From Octopus sinensis (lineage: Eukaryota), in NCBI RefSeq assembly GCF_006345805.1, contig NC_043000.1, positions 25,792,001 through 25,856,000 on the forward strand: DNA of 64,000 nucleotides, given 5' to 3'. Below are positions 63,891-64,000 of the stretch, one piece after another (position 1 is the first letter of the stretch; each line of letters starts with the position of its first letter). Position numbers and translations under genes: made by a program. The notes under the pieces were generated by a model. That model saw nothing but the letters and a program-made list of their open reading frames with translations. It did no database searches and was not told where the DNA came from.

Positions 63891-64000
63891 TGTTCTAGTA
63901 CAGTTTCTATGGTTGGATGTTCTTCCTAATGCCAACTACTTGACAGACTGTGCTGGGTGCTTTTTACATGTGACTGGCACAGGTGCATTTGCACAATTCT

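Overview
Eukaryotic, AT-rich, repeat-dominated DNA. The SINE, RTE-LINE and microsatellite mix resembles what I know of octopus genomes (inference, not database-checked). Almost all ORFs in the supplied track are microsatellite or transposon noise, and I could not name a host gene; only a few low-confidence candidate exons and one promoter-like CpG patch (about 5.0 kb) are visible. Supported content: three tRNA-derived SINE families; many 5'-truncated RTE 3' ends with (GAT)n tails; a near full-length RTE/BovB-like LINE whose 5' half is inverted; a second RTE with a PHD-like finger inside its RT; REL-endonuclease LINE tails sitting in (AAT)n tracts; a full-length decayed mariner plus MITEs; non-autonomous Helitrons; a probable solo LTR; and a Penelope-like GIY-YIG remnant. 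The most interesting signal is RNA-level: 13 minimal type I hammerhead ribozyme motifs in about 8 unrelated sequence contexts. These include a 3-copy array of about 430 bp (46953-48205), each unit carrying a hammerhead and a candidate 77-80 nt GT-AG intron (a retrozyme or Penelope pseudo-LTR array that could release 430-431 nt monomers or circles), and long palindromes that encode a hammerhead on both strands. Folds were paired by eye, not computed.
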